From: a phage
NCBI GenBank assembly: GCA_014686905.1
Contig: GCA_014686905.1_4093.1
Direction: 5' to 3' (one strand)
DNA length: 64,000 nt
In this document: one piece after another, positions 33,328 through 42,763 of the stretch
Layout: the number at the start of each line of letters is the position of its first letter
How positions within the stretch are numbered: the stretch's first letter is position 1
Position numbers and translations under genes: made by a program
Notes under the pieces: generated by a model
Database searches by the model: none
Told to the model about the DNA's origin: nothing
Seen by the model: the letters and a program-made list of their open reading frames with translations, nothing else

Positions 33328-34018
33328 TAAAGTATATACCTGTAGATTTTGTGATCGTGAATTTAAACGTGAAGAAACTGTAAACACACATAAATGTATA
33401 AAACGTGACCGATACGAAGACCGCCAAAGCCGCCAGATGATGGAGGCTTTTCGTATATATATGCAATTTATGGAATTGAATAAGTTCCCATTTAAAAAAG
33501 GCGTAGAGCCTTTTATTGCTTTTATAAAGTCAAAGTACTTTAATGATTTTTATAGTTTTGCCGAATACTATTTGAATAATAGAGATATTATTAATGTGGA
33601 CGAGTTTGTAAAGTACTTGATTATCAATAACAAACCAATCACGGAATGGAGTACATATAAAGCAAAAGATGAATGGATATTAAAAACAATTCGTGCCGAG
33701 CACCCAAAAGAAGCAATTGCAAGAAGTGTTATCTCACTGGTTGAATGGGCTGAAAATTTGAATGTACAATGGAATACTTTCTTTGAAAATGTAAGTTCTG
33801 CCCGTGCAATTGCATGGATTGAGAGTGGTAAAATTTCACCTTGGATTATCTGGCTTGCTCCTAAAAAAAGTACTAATAAGTTTTTTAAAAAACTATCAAA
33901 CTCAGAAATTGAATATATACTTAAATACATCGATCCAAGTTATTTTGAAATCAAAACTATAAAATACAAAAAGGATTGTGATGAAATTAAGATTATGCTA
34001 TGTGAGGCAGGATTATGA
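33308..34018 (+). CDS. hypothetical protein with N-terminal C2H2-type zinc finger
   Basis: YTCRFCDREFKREETVNTHKC is a classical C-x2-C...H-x1-C/H finger. Confidence 0.5.
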   Translation: MAKKSSNKVYTCRFCDREFKREETVNTHKCIKRDRYEDRQSRQMMEAFRIYMQFMELNKFPFKKGVEPFIAFIKSKYFNDFYSFAEYYLNNRDIINVDEFVKYLIINNKPITEWSTYKAKDEWILKTIRAEHPKEAIARSVISLVEWAENLNVQWNTFFENVSSARAIAWIESGKISPWIIWLAPKKSTNKFFKKLSNSEIEYILKYIDPSYFEIKTIKYKKDCDEIKIMLCEAGL

Positions 34019-34344
34019 ATGGAAAAAGTATATATAATAAAATACCAGAAGGGTATGTACCTGTACCTAAAGAACAAAAATCAAAACAAATATCTCTACT
34101 TAGACAAGGATCTATTACTGAAATAACTTTAGATGGTAAAACATTTCAAGTTCATGATCCTGCTCGTATTGAAAAAATTATTTCTTTGGTAGAAAGACAC
34201 GAAGAACGCTTTTTCAGTTTAAGTCAAGAATTGGCAAAGACAAAACAAAATTGTAGATTATTAGAGAATCAAATATCAACTTTGACTAATACAGTTAAAC
34301 AGTTACAGGAGCAAATAAAAAATGCAGGATTCGACCGATTCTAA
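34015..34344 (+). CDS. hypothetical coiled-coil protein (109 aa)
   Basis: ATGA overlap with the upstream gene. Confidence 0.45.
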   Translation: MNGKSIYNKIPEGYVPVPKEQKSKQISLLRQGSITEITLDGKTFQVHDPARIEKIISLVERHEERFFSLSQELAKTKQNCRLLENQISTLTNTVKQLQEQIKNAGFDRF

Positions 34345-34960
34345 ACATTATAGAAAAGCCCGAACTGATATTGACATTGACTTCAAGGATAGTAAAAGCG
34401 TAATCGCTAAACTTCCATGTGTGCGAAGTACTGAAAAAATTACGGAGGATGGTTTAATCCCCCATAATAGTGGTGTTCATTTTGATAATATACCTATTGA
34501 TCCAATCACTGGATTGGCAAGTATACAATATAAAGAAGCTGAAAGGTTAGGGTATCAAAAAGTTGATATTCTTTCACAGTCAGCTTACATGTATGTTCGT
34601 GATAGAGAGCATTTAAAAGAACTAATGAATCAGGAACCAAATTGGGATCTATTGTTAGAACCCGAAATTGTAGAACATCTATCGCAAATTAAAAAACATG
34701 TAACTTTATTAAATGTATGGAAGCCTAAATCTATAGACGAACTAGCAATGTTTATTGCAATGATTCGCCCAGGAAAAAGGCAGTGCCAAAGTATGAACAC
34801 ATGGGACGAAGTTAAAGCTACCATATGGGATTATAGTACTATAGGCACTGACCAAGCAGGAAATAAATTACGATATTTCAAAAAGCCACATGCTTACGCA
34901 TATAGCTTAATGATTGTTGTACAACTAAATGCTTTAGTTGAACATCTTACTTCTTCTTAA
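34322..34960 (+). CDS. hypothetical protein with DnaE (Pol III alpha) finger-like motifs
   Basis: KVDILSQ, LAMFIAMIRPG and KKPHAYAYSL resemble DnaE motifs KMDFLGL, ALVALFRPGP and NKSHSAAYAL (from memory) in the same order. Confidence 0.4.
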   Translation: MQDSTDSKHYRKARTDIDIDFKDSKSVIAKLPCVRSTEKITEDGLIPHNSGVHFDNIPIDPITGLASIQYKEAERLGYQKVDILSQSAYMYVRDREHLKELMNQEPNWDLLLEPEIVEHLSQIKKHVTLLNVWKPKSIDELAMFIAMIRPGKRQCQSMNTWDEVKATIWDYSTIGTDQAGNKLRYFKKPHAYAYSLMIVVQLNALVEHLTSS

Positions 34961-35300
34961 GAGCCACATTACGACGCTTGATGCGTTTCTGTGGCAAATT
35001 GCTTAAAGAAACTACTGGACCACATACGAAATTCACCGACGGTGTATCGAATCTCTGTGTGTACGGTTCAAATTTCTCCATCTCTTCTTGAAAGAATAGA
35101 CAAACTGGAATGGTTCTATTACTTTGCCACCACCAATCGTGTGCTATACCTAACAATTCGTCTTGCATTGAATCATCCATATCATCGAAACAGTAAAGAG
35201 TTGTATACTGTTTGCTTTTGATTTTGATGATACCAACAAACGTTTTACCATCATACTGGATTACAGTAATGAATGGTGGAATAGTGTTATATTGATTCAT
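34947..35300 (-). CDS. hypothetical protein (117 aa) - lone minus-strand ORF inside a + strand block
   Basis: ORF only; Trp-rich; basic C-terminus. Confidence 0.35.
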   Translation of the reverse strand: MNQYNTIPPFITVIQYDGKTFVGIIKIKSKQYTTLYCFDDMDDSMQDELLGIAHDWWWQSNRTIPVCLFFQEEMEKFEPYTQRFDTPSVNFVCGPVVSLSNLPQKRIKRRNVALKKK

Positions 35301-35357
35301 ATTAGTTCCATAAATATTAGTATAAATTTATACCTATTATTTATGGAAGGAAAAACT

Positions 35358-36335
35358 ATGGCTCATCACGGCGTGTTTATGTACCCTTATAATCAGGAAG
35401 TATCATTGGGCAATTTTAATATGCCATATAGCAATGAAAAACTAACTATATATAGAGGGGCAAATAATAATTTATCTTTTACTGTTCACAACGCTGATGG
35501 AAAATATACTTTATTGAAAGATAATGAATATCTTACATTTATGATTTTTGATGCACGAAATAATACTAAACTATTTGATGTTGTATTAGAAAAACAAGAA
35601 CCCAGTTGGTTATCAGAAAGTGGACAAGCAAGACAAACATTAGGAAATAAAAAGAAAGTATATTATGGATGTATTGTTCCAGCAGGAGTTATTCAAGATA
35701 CCAGTCCTGGTTCAAAATATAGATGGAGCATTACTAAAGTAACAATGGATGGTTCACTTATAGAACCAACACAATATCTATACACAGGGATGAACTTTGA
35801 GGCATCAGCAGAGCTAATAATTTCAGACCAAGCAGCACCTGTATTTGTCCCCAGTACTGAAATATCAGTTAATAAAAATCCAGCATGGACAACTATAAAG
35901 CGTTTATATCATGAACCAATTGGAAATGGTATGATTGGTGAATATGATATTCTCGCATCAACTCCACTACCAGCACAAATGCAGTTTGGATTAGTAGATG
36001 GATTAAGTAGTATTGCAATCTATTTTGATAAATTTATTGGTAGAATACAGCTACAAGGGTGCTTGTGTAACAACGTACCTAATGATAATGAAAACTATAA
36101 ATGGTTTATTATTAAATTAGATGGAAAGGATTATATTGAAAATGGAATTGATTCAGAAGGTTTTCCAAAAGAACTTGACGGAATACAAGCATTTAATTTT
36201 AAAGGAAATTATATGTGGTTACGTTTGGTGGTTGCTATTCATCCCAAAATTGTTCCAGTACCATATGACTATGCTGCTGTCCGAAAAGTGTATGACCCTT
36301 TCCTAACAGTACCTAAAATTTTGATACGTAGATGA
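35358..36335 (+). CDS. hypothetical protein (about 325 aa; ORF opens at 35292)
   Basis: GGAAGGA RBS before the ATG at 35358. Confidence 0.5.
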   Translation: MAHHGVFMYPYNQEVSLGNFNMPYSNEKLTIYRGANNNLSFTVHNADGKYTLLKDNEYLTFMIFDARNNTKLFDVVLEKQEPSWLSESGQARQTLGNKKKVYYGCIVPAGVIQDTSPGSKYRWSITKVTMDGSLIEPTQYLYTGMNFEASAELIISDQAAPVFVPSTEISVNKNPAWTTIKRLYHEPIGNGMIGEYDILASTPLPAQMQFGLVDGLSSIAIYFDKFIGRIQLQGCLCNNVPNDNENYKWFIIKLDGKDYIENGIDSEGFPKELDGIQAFNFKGNYMWLRLVVAIHPKIVPVPYDYAAVRKVYDPFLTVPKILIRR

Positions 36336-36361
36336 GACAAAACTAGAAGGTGTGCTATAAT
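36334..36361 (+). promoter_or_regulatory. early-type promoter GAGACA-N16-TGcTATAAT (primase/helicase operon)
   Basis: About 35 nt nearly identical to the promoter at 48420-48447. Confidence 0.6.
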
Positions 36362-36390
36362 CATTTGTAAGAAAAGACAAGGATTAACTT

Positions 36391-37446
36391 ATGAACGCTG
36401 TACAAAACATAATGGCACAAATTATGAATGATCCAGTACCTGCGATTGGTACATGGTCACAACACAACTGTCCAGCTTGTGTGTTCAGAGGACATTCAAG
36501 GCCGGATACAAAGCACCGTGGTAATCATATGTTCAATGCAGATGGTTCCGTTTCATATAACTGCTTTAACTGTAGTTTAAAAACTGGTTGGCAACCAGGA
36601 AAATATATGAGCAAAGATATGGAGTCTTTGCTCATTTCTTTTGGTGCACAAGATAAAGAAATAGAATTAGTTAAGTTTTATATTAAAGAAATGGTTGACA
36701 GCGGTGATTTTGCTGCACAAGAAACTGTTGCATCAAAATTGTATGACCGAGTAACAGTACGTGATTTGCCATCAAATGCAAAAACATTTTGGGAATGGGC
36801 TTCTTTACCTGAAGATAAAATTCCACAAGAATTTATAAGTGTTTTGCATAATGTCAATGAAAGAAACCCATATCTGTTAGACTTAGAATTATATTGGTCA
36901 CCTAATAAAGAACATAAAATGTATGACAGATTTATTATTCCATATTTCATGAATGGTAAAATTATTGGTTATACTGCACGACATAAATTAAAAGATCCTG
37001 GAAGTACATACAGGTTCATAAATCAAGTAAGTACTAATATACTATATAACTATGATTTATTAAAAGATGAACGAATAAAAACAATTTTAGTATGTGAGGG
37101 TCCGTTAGACGCAGCATTAATGGGTGGTGTATCTGCTAATAACTTTAAATTATCAAACGTACAGATTGATGTATTAAAAGATGCACAGCAAAAAGGTAAA
37201 AAAATAGTTATTGTTCCAGATAGAGATAAAGATGGATTAATAACTATAGACCAAGCACTTGAAAATGGATTCAGTGTTTCCTTCCCAGACTTTGGTGCTG
37301 TAAGAGAAGGTAGTACAATACGTCATATCAAAGACTTTGAAGAAGCTTGTGCACGATTTGGTAGGTTATTTTGTTTACAATTAATACATGATAGTATAGT
37401 AGATGAGCCATTTTATATTAAAGCTCAAACGGATAAATGGATGTAA
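36391..37446 (+). CDS. 61: DNA primase (gp61-like; zinc-binding domain plus TOPRIM)
   Basis: N-terminal CPAC...CFNC zinc motif; TOPRIM VCEGPLDA and DRD; 351 aa vs about 342 in T4. Confidence 0.8.
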   Translation: MNAVQNIMAQIMNDPVPAIGTWSQHNCPACVFRGHSRPDTKHRGNHMFNADGSVSYNCFNCSLKTGWQPGKYMSKDMESLLISFGAQDKEIELVKFYIKEMVDSGDFAAQETVASKLYDRVTVRDLPSNAKTFWEWASLPEDKIPQEFISVLHNVNERNPYLLDLELYWSPNKEHKMYDRFIIPYFMNGKIIGYTARHKLKDPGSTYRFINQVSTNILYNYDLLKDERIKTILVCEGPLDAALMGGVSANNFKLSNVQIDVLKDAQQKGKKIVIVPDRDKDGLITIDQALENGFSVSFPDFGAVREGSTIRHIKDFEEACARFGRLFCLQLIHDSIVDEPFYIKAQTDKWM

Positions 37447-37468
37447 TACATATAATGAGGGAACATAG

Positions 37469-38989
37469 ATGATTCAAAGCACAGTGGATGTGAAACAATA
37501 TGGGATTAATGCACAACAATACTTATTATCTCAGATTTTCAGTAATCCTGATTTATATGTACGTTGTAAAAATATCCTTAAACCAGAATATTTTGATAAA
37601 ACATTTCATGAAAGTATTCAATACGTGCATGATTATGCTGCAAAATATAGTTCATCACCTACTTTGAAAGATATTGAAGTTAAAGGTGGTTATCAATACG
37701 ATCAATATGAAGTTCAAGAATTACATAAACAATCAGTACTTGATACCTGTGGTGAATTTTGTCGCCATAAAGCATTAGCTTTAGCCGTTGAAAAAGGAAT
37801 GGAACTTGTCCATCAGAAAAAATATGGTGGAATCGAAGAACTAATCCGAGAAGCAATGTTGGTAACGGTACAGAATGAGTTAGGTTTGGATATTTTTGAA
37901 AACCCTGAAGATACAATCCGCTCACTCAGTACAATGCAAGGATCATTTAAGAGTGGTTGGGAAACTCTTGATTACAAACTTTTCGGTGGATTTGGGCGTA
38001 GAGAGTTAGAGATCTTTGCTGCTGCATCAGGTGGTGGTAAATCAGTAGTACTGCAAAATTTAGCAGTTAACTTTGCGAAAGCTGGAATGAATGGTGCATA
38101 CATTTCACTTGAACTAGCTGAAGAGTTGGTTGCTGTTCGTATCTATGGTATGATGACTGAATCAAAACTCAGTAACGTAAAAAATGAAGCTGAAAAGATT
38201 GGATTTGCTGTTAAAGTTGAAGGTAAAAACAGTGGTATGTTGCGTATTAAACGCTTACCTGAATCTGTAACAACCACAGACGATATTGAAAGTTATCTAC
38301 GTGAATTACAAATTAAGATGGAAATCAAACTTGATTATGTATGCGTGGACTATTTGGATCTATTAACTTCTAATCGTCTTGGACCAAATGATAAATCCAA
38401 TACATTTACTAAAGATAAATTTGTATCAGAAGAATTACGTGCTCTTGCATCCAAAATGGATTTGACTGTTTTCACTGCATCTCAGTTTAACCGTAGTGGT
38501 ATGGACGAAGATAAGAAAAGTCAAAGTCAGATTGCTGGTGGTATTTCAAAAATTTATACTGCTGATAACGTAATTTATATTGAAGCAAAAAAAGAAACTG
38601 GCGAACTATGGTTTGATTTCCAAAAAACACGTAACAGTAGTGCAGTAGGTTCCCGTTTGCGTATGTCATATGATATTGATTCATTGAGAGTTCTTGACCA
38701 CGCAACTACAGTACAACAAATGGAAACCGAAGGTAATGGATTCCGTCACAGCGGTGTTTCTAAGATTGGTGGAGGGAACATGGCGTTACCACCCAGCACT
38801 ATGCAAACATTACGTCATTCGCTTTCTGGTGCAGCTAAATCACCATCTGTGCAACCTGACAATACAGTAACACTAAATACTGATAGTGCTCCTAACTCTA
38901 CGACACAAAACGAAATACAGAATCCACAGACACATGCTGGTACTGATCGTGTTCATGCAATGAAGCAATGGTTAAATCAAAGGAAATGA
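37469..38989 (+). CDS. 41: DnaB-family replicative helicase (gp41-like)
   Basis: Walker A AAASGGGKS; RecA-type core; N-terminal helical domain; C-terminal extension. Confidence 0.85.
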   Translation: MIQSTVDVKQYGINAQQYLLSQIFSNPDLYVRCKNILKPEYFDKTFHESIQYVHDYAAKYSSSPTLKDIEVKGGYQYDQYEVQELHKQSVLDTCGEFCRHKALALAVEKGMELVHQKKYGGIEELIREAMLVTVQNELGLDIFENPEDTIRSLSTMQGSFKSGWETLDYKLFGGFGRRELEIFAAASGGGKSVVLQNLAVNFAKAGMNGAYISLELAEELVAVRIYGMMTESKLSNVKNEAEKIGFAVKVEGKNSGMLRIKRLPESVTTTDDIESYLRELQIKMEIKLDYVCVDYLDLLTSNRLGPNDKSNTFTKDKFVSEELRALASKMDLTVFTASQFNRSGMDEDKKSQSQIAGGISKIYTADNVIYIEAKKETGELWFDFQKTRNSSAVGSRLRMSYDIDSLRVLDHATTVQQMETEGNGFRHSGVSKIGGGNMALPPSTMQTLRHSLSGAAKSPSVQPDNTVTLNTDSAPNSTTQNEIQNPQTHAGTDRVHAMKQWLNQRK

Positions 38990-38992
38990 TAA

Positions 38993-39265
38993 ATGTCTAG
39001 TAAATCCAATAAAAAGAATCTACTTGATAGTATAGTTGACTATACGCCAGAGAAAGATACATTACAGAGTTTTAGTAATCGTGCCGACCACGCAATAAAC
39101 TCTGTGATTCATTTATTGGAGAGCATTGAAGATGAGTTTAACCAAACTGATGCTGAAGATTTAAAAAAACGCTTATTTCTAAGTATAAAAAACCGAGATT
39201 ATAAAAAGTTTCAAAAAGGGTTAGAGAATATAGCACTTGATGAAAAACGTAATAAAGGAAATTAA
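38993..39265 (+). CDS. hypothetical protein (90 aa)
   Basis: AAAGGAAATGA context; ORF. Confidence 0.4.
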   Translation: MSSKSNKKNLLDSIVDYTPEKDTLQSFSNRADHAINSVIHLLESIEDEFNQTDAEDLKKRLFLSIKNRDYKKFQKGLENIALDEKRNKGN

Positions 39266-39266
39266 T

Positions 39267-39431
39267 ATGAAGAAAAAGAATATCAAAGAAAATGCATCTT
39301 CTGGAGCTACTTCAGCAGGTGCTATTGCATCAGTCAGTACTGGTTTACATTATCCATTACATCGTAGATTGCCTCCTACTAACTTCTTTGGATACAAAGT
39401 CGTAGAGAAAAAAGATAAGGACAAAGAATGA
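39267..39431 (+). CDS. hypothetical small basic protein (54 aa; ORF opens at 39237)
   Basis: AAAGGAA RBS before the ATG at 39267. Confidence 0.3.
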   Translation: MKKKNIKENASSGATSAGAIASVSTGLHYPLHRRLPPTNFFGYKVVEKKDKDKE

Positions 39432-39820
39432 AACCATATACATTCTACACAATTCACACTGTAGTAGATATTGGTGATGGTAAAACCCCAACAATCATAG
39501 ATTCTAAGTTCACTGGTGCTATGAACTTGTCTAGGTTGTTGGAAGCTATTATGGTATATGACTATCCAATGATGGTAAGCGTTGTTAAAAATGAAGTCGA
39601 TTTATATAAAGATAATAATTCATCTTTTTATAACATGCCAATTTCTTGGGGAAAATGTACCATAAGCACATTCAAATTCGCATTACCAATGGATGTCGAA
39701 CTTCGTTTGAATGGTATACCATTGGTTCTACCAACCGAATTAAATGGAAAACGAATAACAAAATTTATCACATCTGGTGATGATATTAACATTAGCATCA
39801 GCAAACAGACCTTTTCTTAA
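39428..39820 (+). CDS. hypothetical protein (130 aa)
   Basis: ATGA overlap with the upstream ORF. Confidence 0.45.
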   Translation: MKPYTFYTIHTVVDIGDGKTPTIIDSKFTGAMNLSRLLEAIMVYDYPMMVSVVKNEVDLYKDNNSSFYNMPISWGKCTISTFKFALPMDVELRLNGIPLVLPTELNGKRITKFITSGDDINISISKQTFS

Positions 39821-39876
39821 TTGTGATAAATATCATAAAGCAAGACAGAGGTCTTTTTATTTTATATGGAGAAATT

Positions 39877-40821
39877 ATGGATATAAACCAAACAGCAACT
39901 GAACTTCAAAAGTTCGCAGATGCACATAATTTGAATGTTGATGTTTCTGTTATTCTTGATAATATGGATGCAGGTGATTTTATCACTTTAAATTCTGCGA
40001 TTGATAATTCTGACAATCGTGAAATATTCCAAATTTTACAAAAATACAAAGCACAGATGAGTGAATGTTATAATTATTTTAGTACTAAAAATGTTAACAA
40101 ACATATTAATGAAAGCACTGAACTTCATAGTATTGTTGATTCAATGTCACTAAAGCAATTAGCAGAAGAGTATCATAAAAATTATACATATTCAGATATA
40201 ACAAAACTAACCACACAAGAATTAAAAGCAATTGTATTTGAAGATTTACAAAATCAAGCCACACAAATGCAAGCAAAACAAATTGCTAAAATGAATGTTT
40301 CTCAGGGTCAACAACAAGTCAATCCACAAACTCAAGCTAAAATGAAACAAGCTGAGTTGCAAAGAAATGCTAATAATATGAAAGTTAGTGTTCCTGGTAC
40401 ACAAAGCGGGACAGATTCGGTTGAACCTGTAGTTGGTGTTGACCCAGGACAAACACCGGAGCAATCATTAGTTATTACTAAAAGTGGGACTAAGCCAAAT
40501 GAGTTGAACGTTTTTCCTTTGAGTGATGTTAATCCTATTGATAATCAAAATAATCCAATTCGTGAAGAAAAATCTCCACAAGAAATTAACAGTGAACTTA
40601 TGGCTAATTCCAGTTTAGAGCCTGATAGTAATCCTGATACACCATCACCATTGTCACATCACGCACCTGGTATGGGCGAAATGATACATGCAATTTCTGA
40701 TATTGAAAAAGAAGATGATATCTATGGTGATGAAAGTGTTATGGCAAACACATCACAATCTGATAATGATGACATGGTAGACCAAATTATCGATTTCTGT
40801 CATCGTATGCGAGGTCGTTAA
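39877..40821 (+). CDS. hypothetical protein, Q/N/S-rich (ORF opens at 39823)
   Basis: TGGAG RBS before the ATG at 39877. Confidence 0.45.
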   Translation: MDINQTATELQKFADAHNLNVDVSVILDNMDAGDFITLNSAIDNSDNREIFQILQKYKAQMSECYNYFSTKNVNKHINESTELHSIVDSMSLKQLAEEYHKNYTYSDITKLTTQELKAIVFEDLQNQATQMQAKQIAKMNVSQGQQQVNPQTQAKMKQAELQRNANNMKVSVPGTQSGTDSVEPVVGVDPGQTPEQSLVITKSGTKPNELNVFPLSDVNPIDNQNNPIREEKSPQEINSELMANSSLEPDSNPDTPSPLSHHAPGMGEMIHAISDIEKEDDIYGDESVMANTSQSDNDDMVDQIIDFCHRMRGR

Positions 40822-41039
40822 TGAGAACAGTACTAAATGTGCATGGTCACAATACAATGGTTTCTAATGAAGAATATAAACTATTACAAAAGATAAAAGC
40901 ACGCGGTACTGTTCCAGTTGAAAAGGTAAATGAATATTATCAGGAATTAGCTGATAAGATGGTATCACGTGGTGTTCTAAATAAAATAGAAAATGATGAC
41001 GGTACTGAATCTTACCAAACAGTTAGGAGTAGTAAATGA
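40821..41039 (+). CDS. hypothetical protein (72 aa)
   Basis: ATGA-type overlap. Confidence 0.4.
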   Translation: MRTVLNVHGHNTMVSNEEYKLLQKIKARGTVPVEKVNEYYQELADKMVSRGVLNKIENDDGTESYQTVRSSK

Positions 41040-41707
41040 ATTACGAATATGATCAACAATCAGTTAATCAGATGGCTGATTTGTTAAGTGGATTGAATGA
41101 CATTGAAGCTGGTGAAACACATAACGCATCGGGGGTTCCATATAAAACTGGTGGTGATATCGGTGCTATGGCTTCTATTTTAACTTCATTAAATGAAGCA
41201 GGTATGGATTATGGTGAACCACAACATCCACATATGGTTCAATACAATTCTCCGTATAATGAACATTTATCAGGGAATTCACCAGTACCTTCGCCACGAC
41301 CATCACAAGCACCTCTTAAACCAAAAACTAATTGGAGTTTAGTGGAAGAAAAAGTACAAGGTACTAAATCTACTAAAGTTTATAGCATTAAGTGTAATCA
41401 TAGTTCACAAATTATCATGAATAATATTATGATGTATGAAGCAGCACTTACATTAGTTAATCTTCTTAATGAAGGAAGAATGTTGACAGATGCAAAAGTA
41501 CTTGGTATAATCAGTTCGGGTCTTCAATACACGAATGTGATTAGTGAAGCATTGAAAGCAGCCCAGAAACGTCAACGCGTACTTAATGAATCGAAGTATG
41601 ATGAAGCAAAAGATTTAGATATAATTATTGCAGAAAAGAAAGCTGAAGCGTATAAATTAAAAGAGCGTGTATTAAACTTTCTAAAAGGCGAAGGTTATAT
41701 AAAGTAA
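41036..41707 (+). CDS. hypothetical protein (223 aa)
   Basis: ATGA overlap; ORF. Confidence 0.45.
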   Translation: MNYEYDQQSVNQMADLLSGLNDIEAGETHNASGVPYKTGGDIGAMASILTSLNEAGMDYGEPQHPHMVQYNSPYNEHLSGNSPVPSPRPSQAPLKPKTNWSLVEEKVQGTKSTKVYSIKCNHSSQIIMNNIMMYEAALTLVNLLNEGRMLTDAKVLGIISSGLQYTNVISEALKAAQKRQRVLNESKYDEAKDLDIIIAEKKAEAYKLKERVLNFLKGEGYIK

Positions 41708-41739
41708 ATAAATGAGTGATATTTTATAAGGAAATACAA

Positions 41740-42372
41740 ATGTCAAAATATAAAAAACTAATGGAAGCAGCTTCTCGTGCAGAAGCTATGAAGTTTATTC
41801 AACTAAATGAATCTAATATTGAAAAAGCAGAAATTGTTCTTTCAGTAAAAGGTGAGATTGTGGATAAACTCCAACGTCAATCTGAGGTTATTAACAACAT
41901 GGGTGTTGACGTACTAGGCCCATTACTTGACCGTATTAAAGCCGAGCAAGGTCTAGATGCTGCACAAAATTTTAGTGATAATGTTCGCCATCTACTACAA
42001 CATGCAGTTACTACCTTAATGGATGTAAAAGACAAAATCAGTACTGAAACACTTAAACTAACTGGTGATATCACTGACGGTCCAGATGTTTCTGATATTG
42101 GAAGTGAAGATGTTGATATTGATATTGCAGCAGATACCCCAACTTTTGATATGGATGCAGACGCAGACTTTGAAGAAGACATTATCTCTGAGCCAGTACC
42201 AACTGAACGTGAAATGAAAGAATCTGTTAAACCAAGTAAAGTTGGTGTAAAAATGGAAAGTATTCGCGGAACTGTGGGTACTAAATACTTTAGTTCAAAA
42301 GAAGAAATGAAAACATGGCTTTCTGAGAATGAAAAGAAAGTTAAACGTGTTCTAGGATACGTTAAAAAATAA
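41740..42372 (+). CDS. hypothetical acidic protein (ORF opens at 41716 with GTG)
   Basis: AAGGAA RBS before the ATG at 41740. Confidence 0.45.
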   Translation: MSKYKKLMEAASRAEAMKFIQLNESNIEKAEIVLSVKGEIVDKLQRQSEVINNMGVDVLGPLLDRIKAEQGLDAAQNFSDNVRHLLQHAVTTLMDVKDKISTETLKLTGDITDGPDVSDIGSEDVDIDIAADTPTFDMDADADFEEDIISEPVPTEREMKESVKPSKVGVKMESIRGTVGTKYFSSKEEMKTWLSENEKKVKRVLGYVKK

Positions 42373-42388
42373 TTAAGGACAATTCTAC

Positions 42389-42724
42389 ATGAGATTTCGT
42401 GATCTTACTGAAGAGGCTCCTGGTAAAGATATACGCAATATGATTACTACTATTGCGTTGTCTTTAGTGTCCACGGGTCGAGAAGAAGTAAATGTTCAAT
42501 CTTTGATTTCTGAAATTAAAAAGAGAACCAACATCGATGTTCCATACAATGTAATGATGGACATTTTGAATTCCCTTCCTTTTGTACAGGATGCTAATTC
42601 TGATGTTGTAACTTTTGCAGGAAATTCAGCAGAAGGTTCAGAAGAAGTCGAGCAAGATTCTGAAGAGCAAGTTGAAGATTGGGCCACAAAAGCTGCTGTG
42701 ACAGCAAATAAACAAAAAAACTGA
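42389..42724 (+). CDS. hypothetical protein (111 aa), acidic C-terminus
   Basis: ORF. Confidence 0.45.
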   Translation: MRFRDLTEEAPGKDIRNMITTIALSLVSTGREEVNVQSLISEIKKRTNIDVPYNVMMDILNSLPFVQDANSDVVTFAGNSAEGSEEVEQDSEEQVEDWATKAAVTANKQKN

Positions 42725-42750
42725 GACAAATTAAAATATAATGCTATAAT
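42723..42750 (+). promoter_or_regulatory. early-type promoter GAGACA-N16-TGcTATAAT
   Basis: Same architecture as at 36334; short leader before 42764. Confidence 0.55.
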
Positions 42751-42763
42751 TAGGAGTACACGG

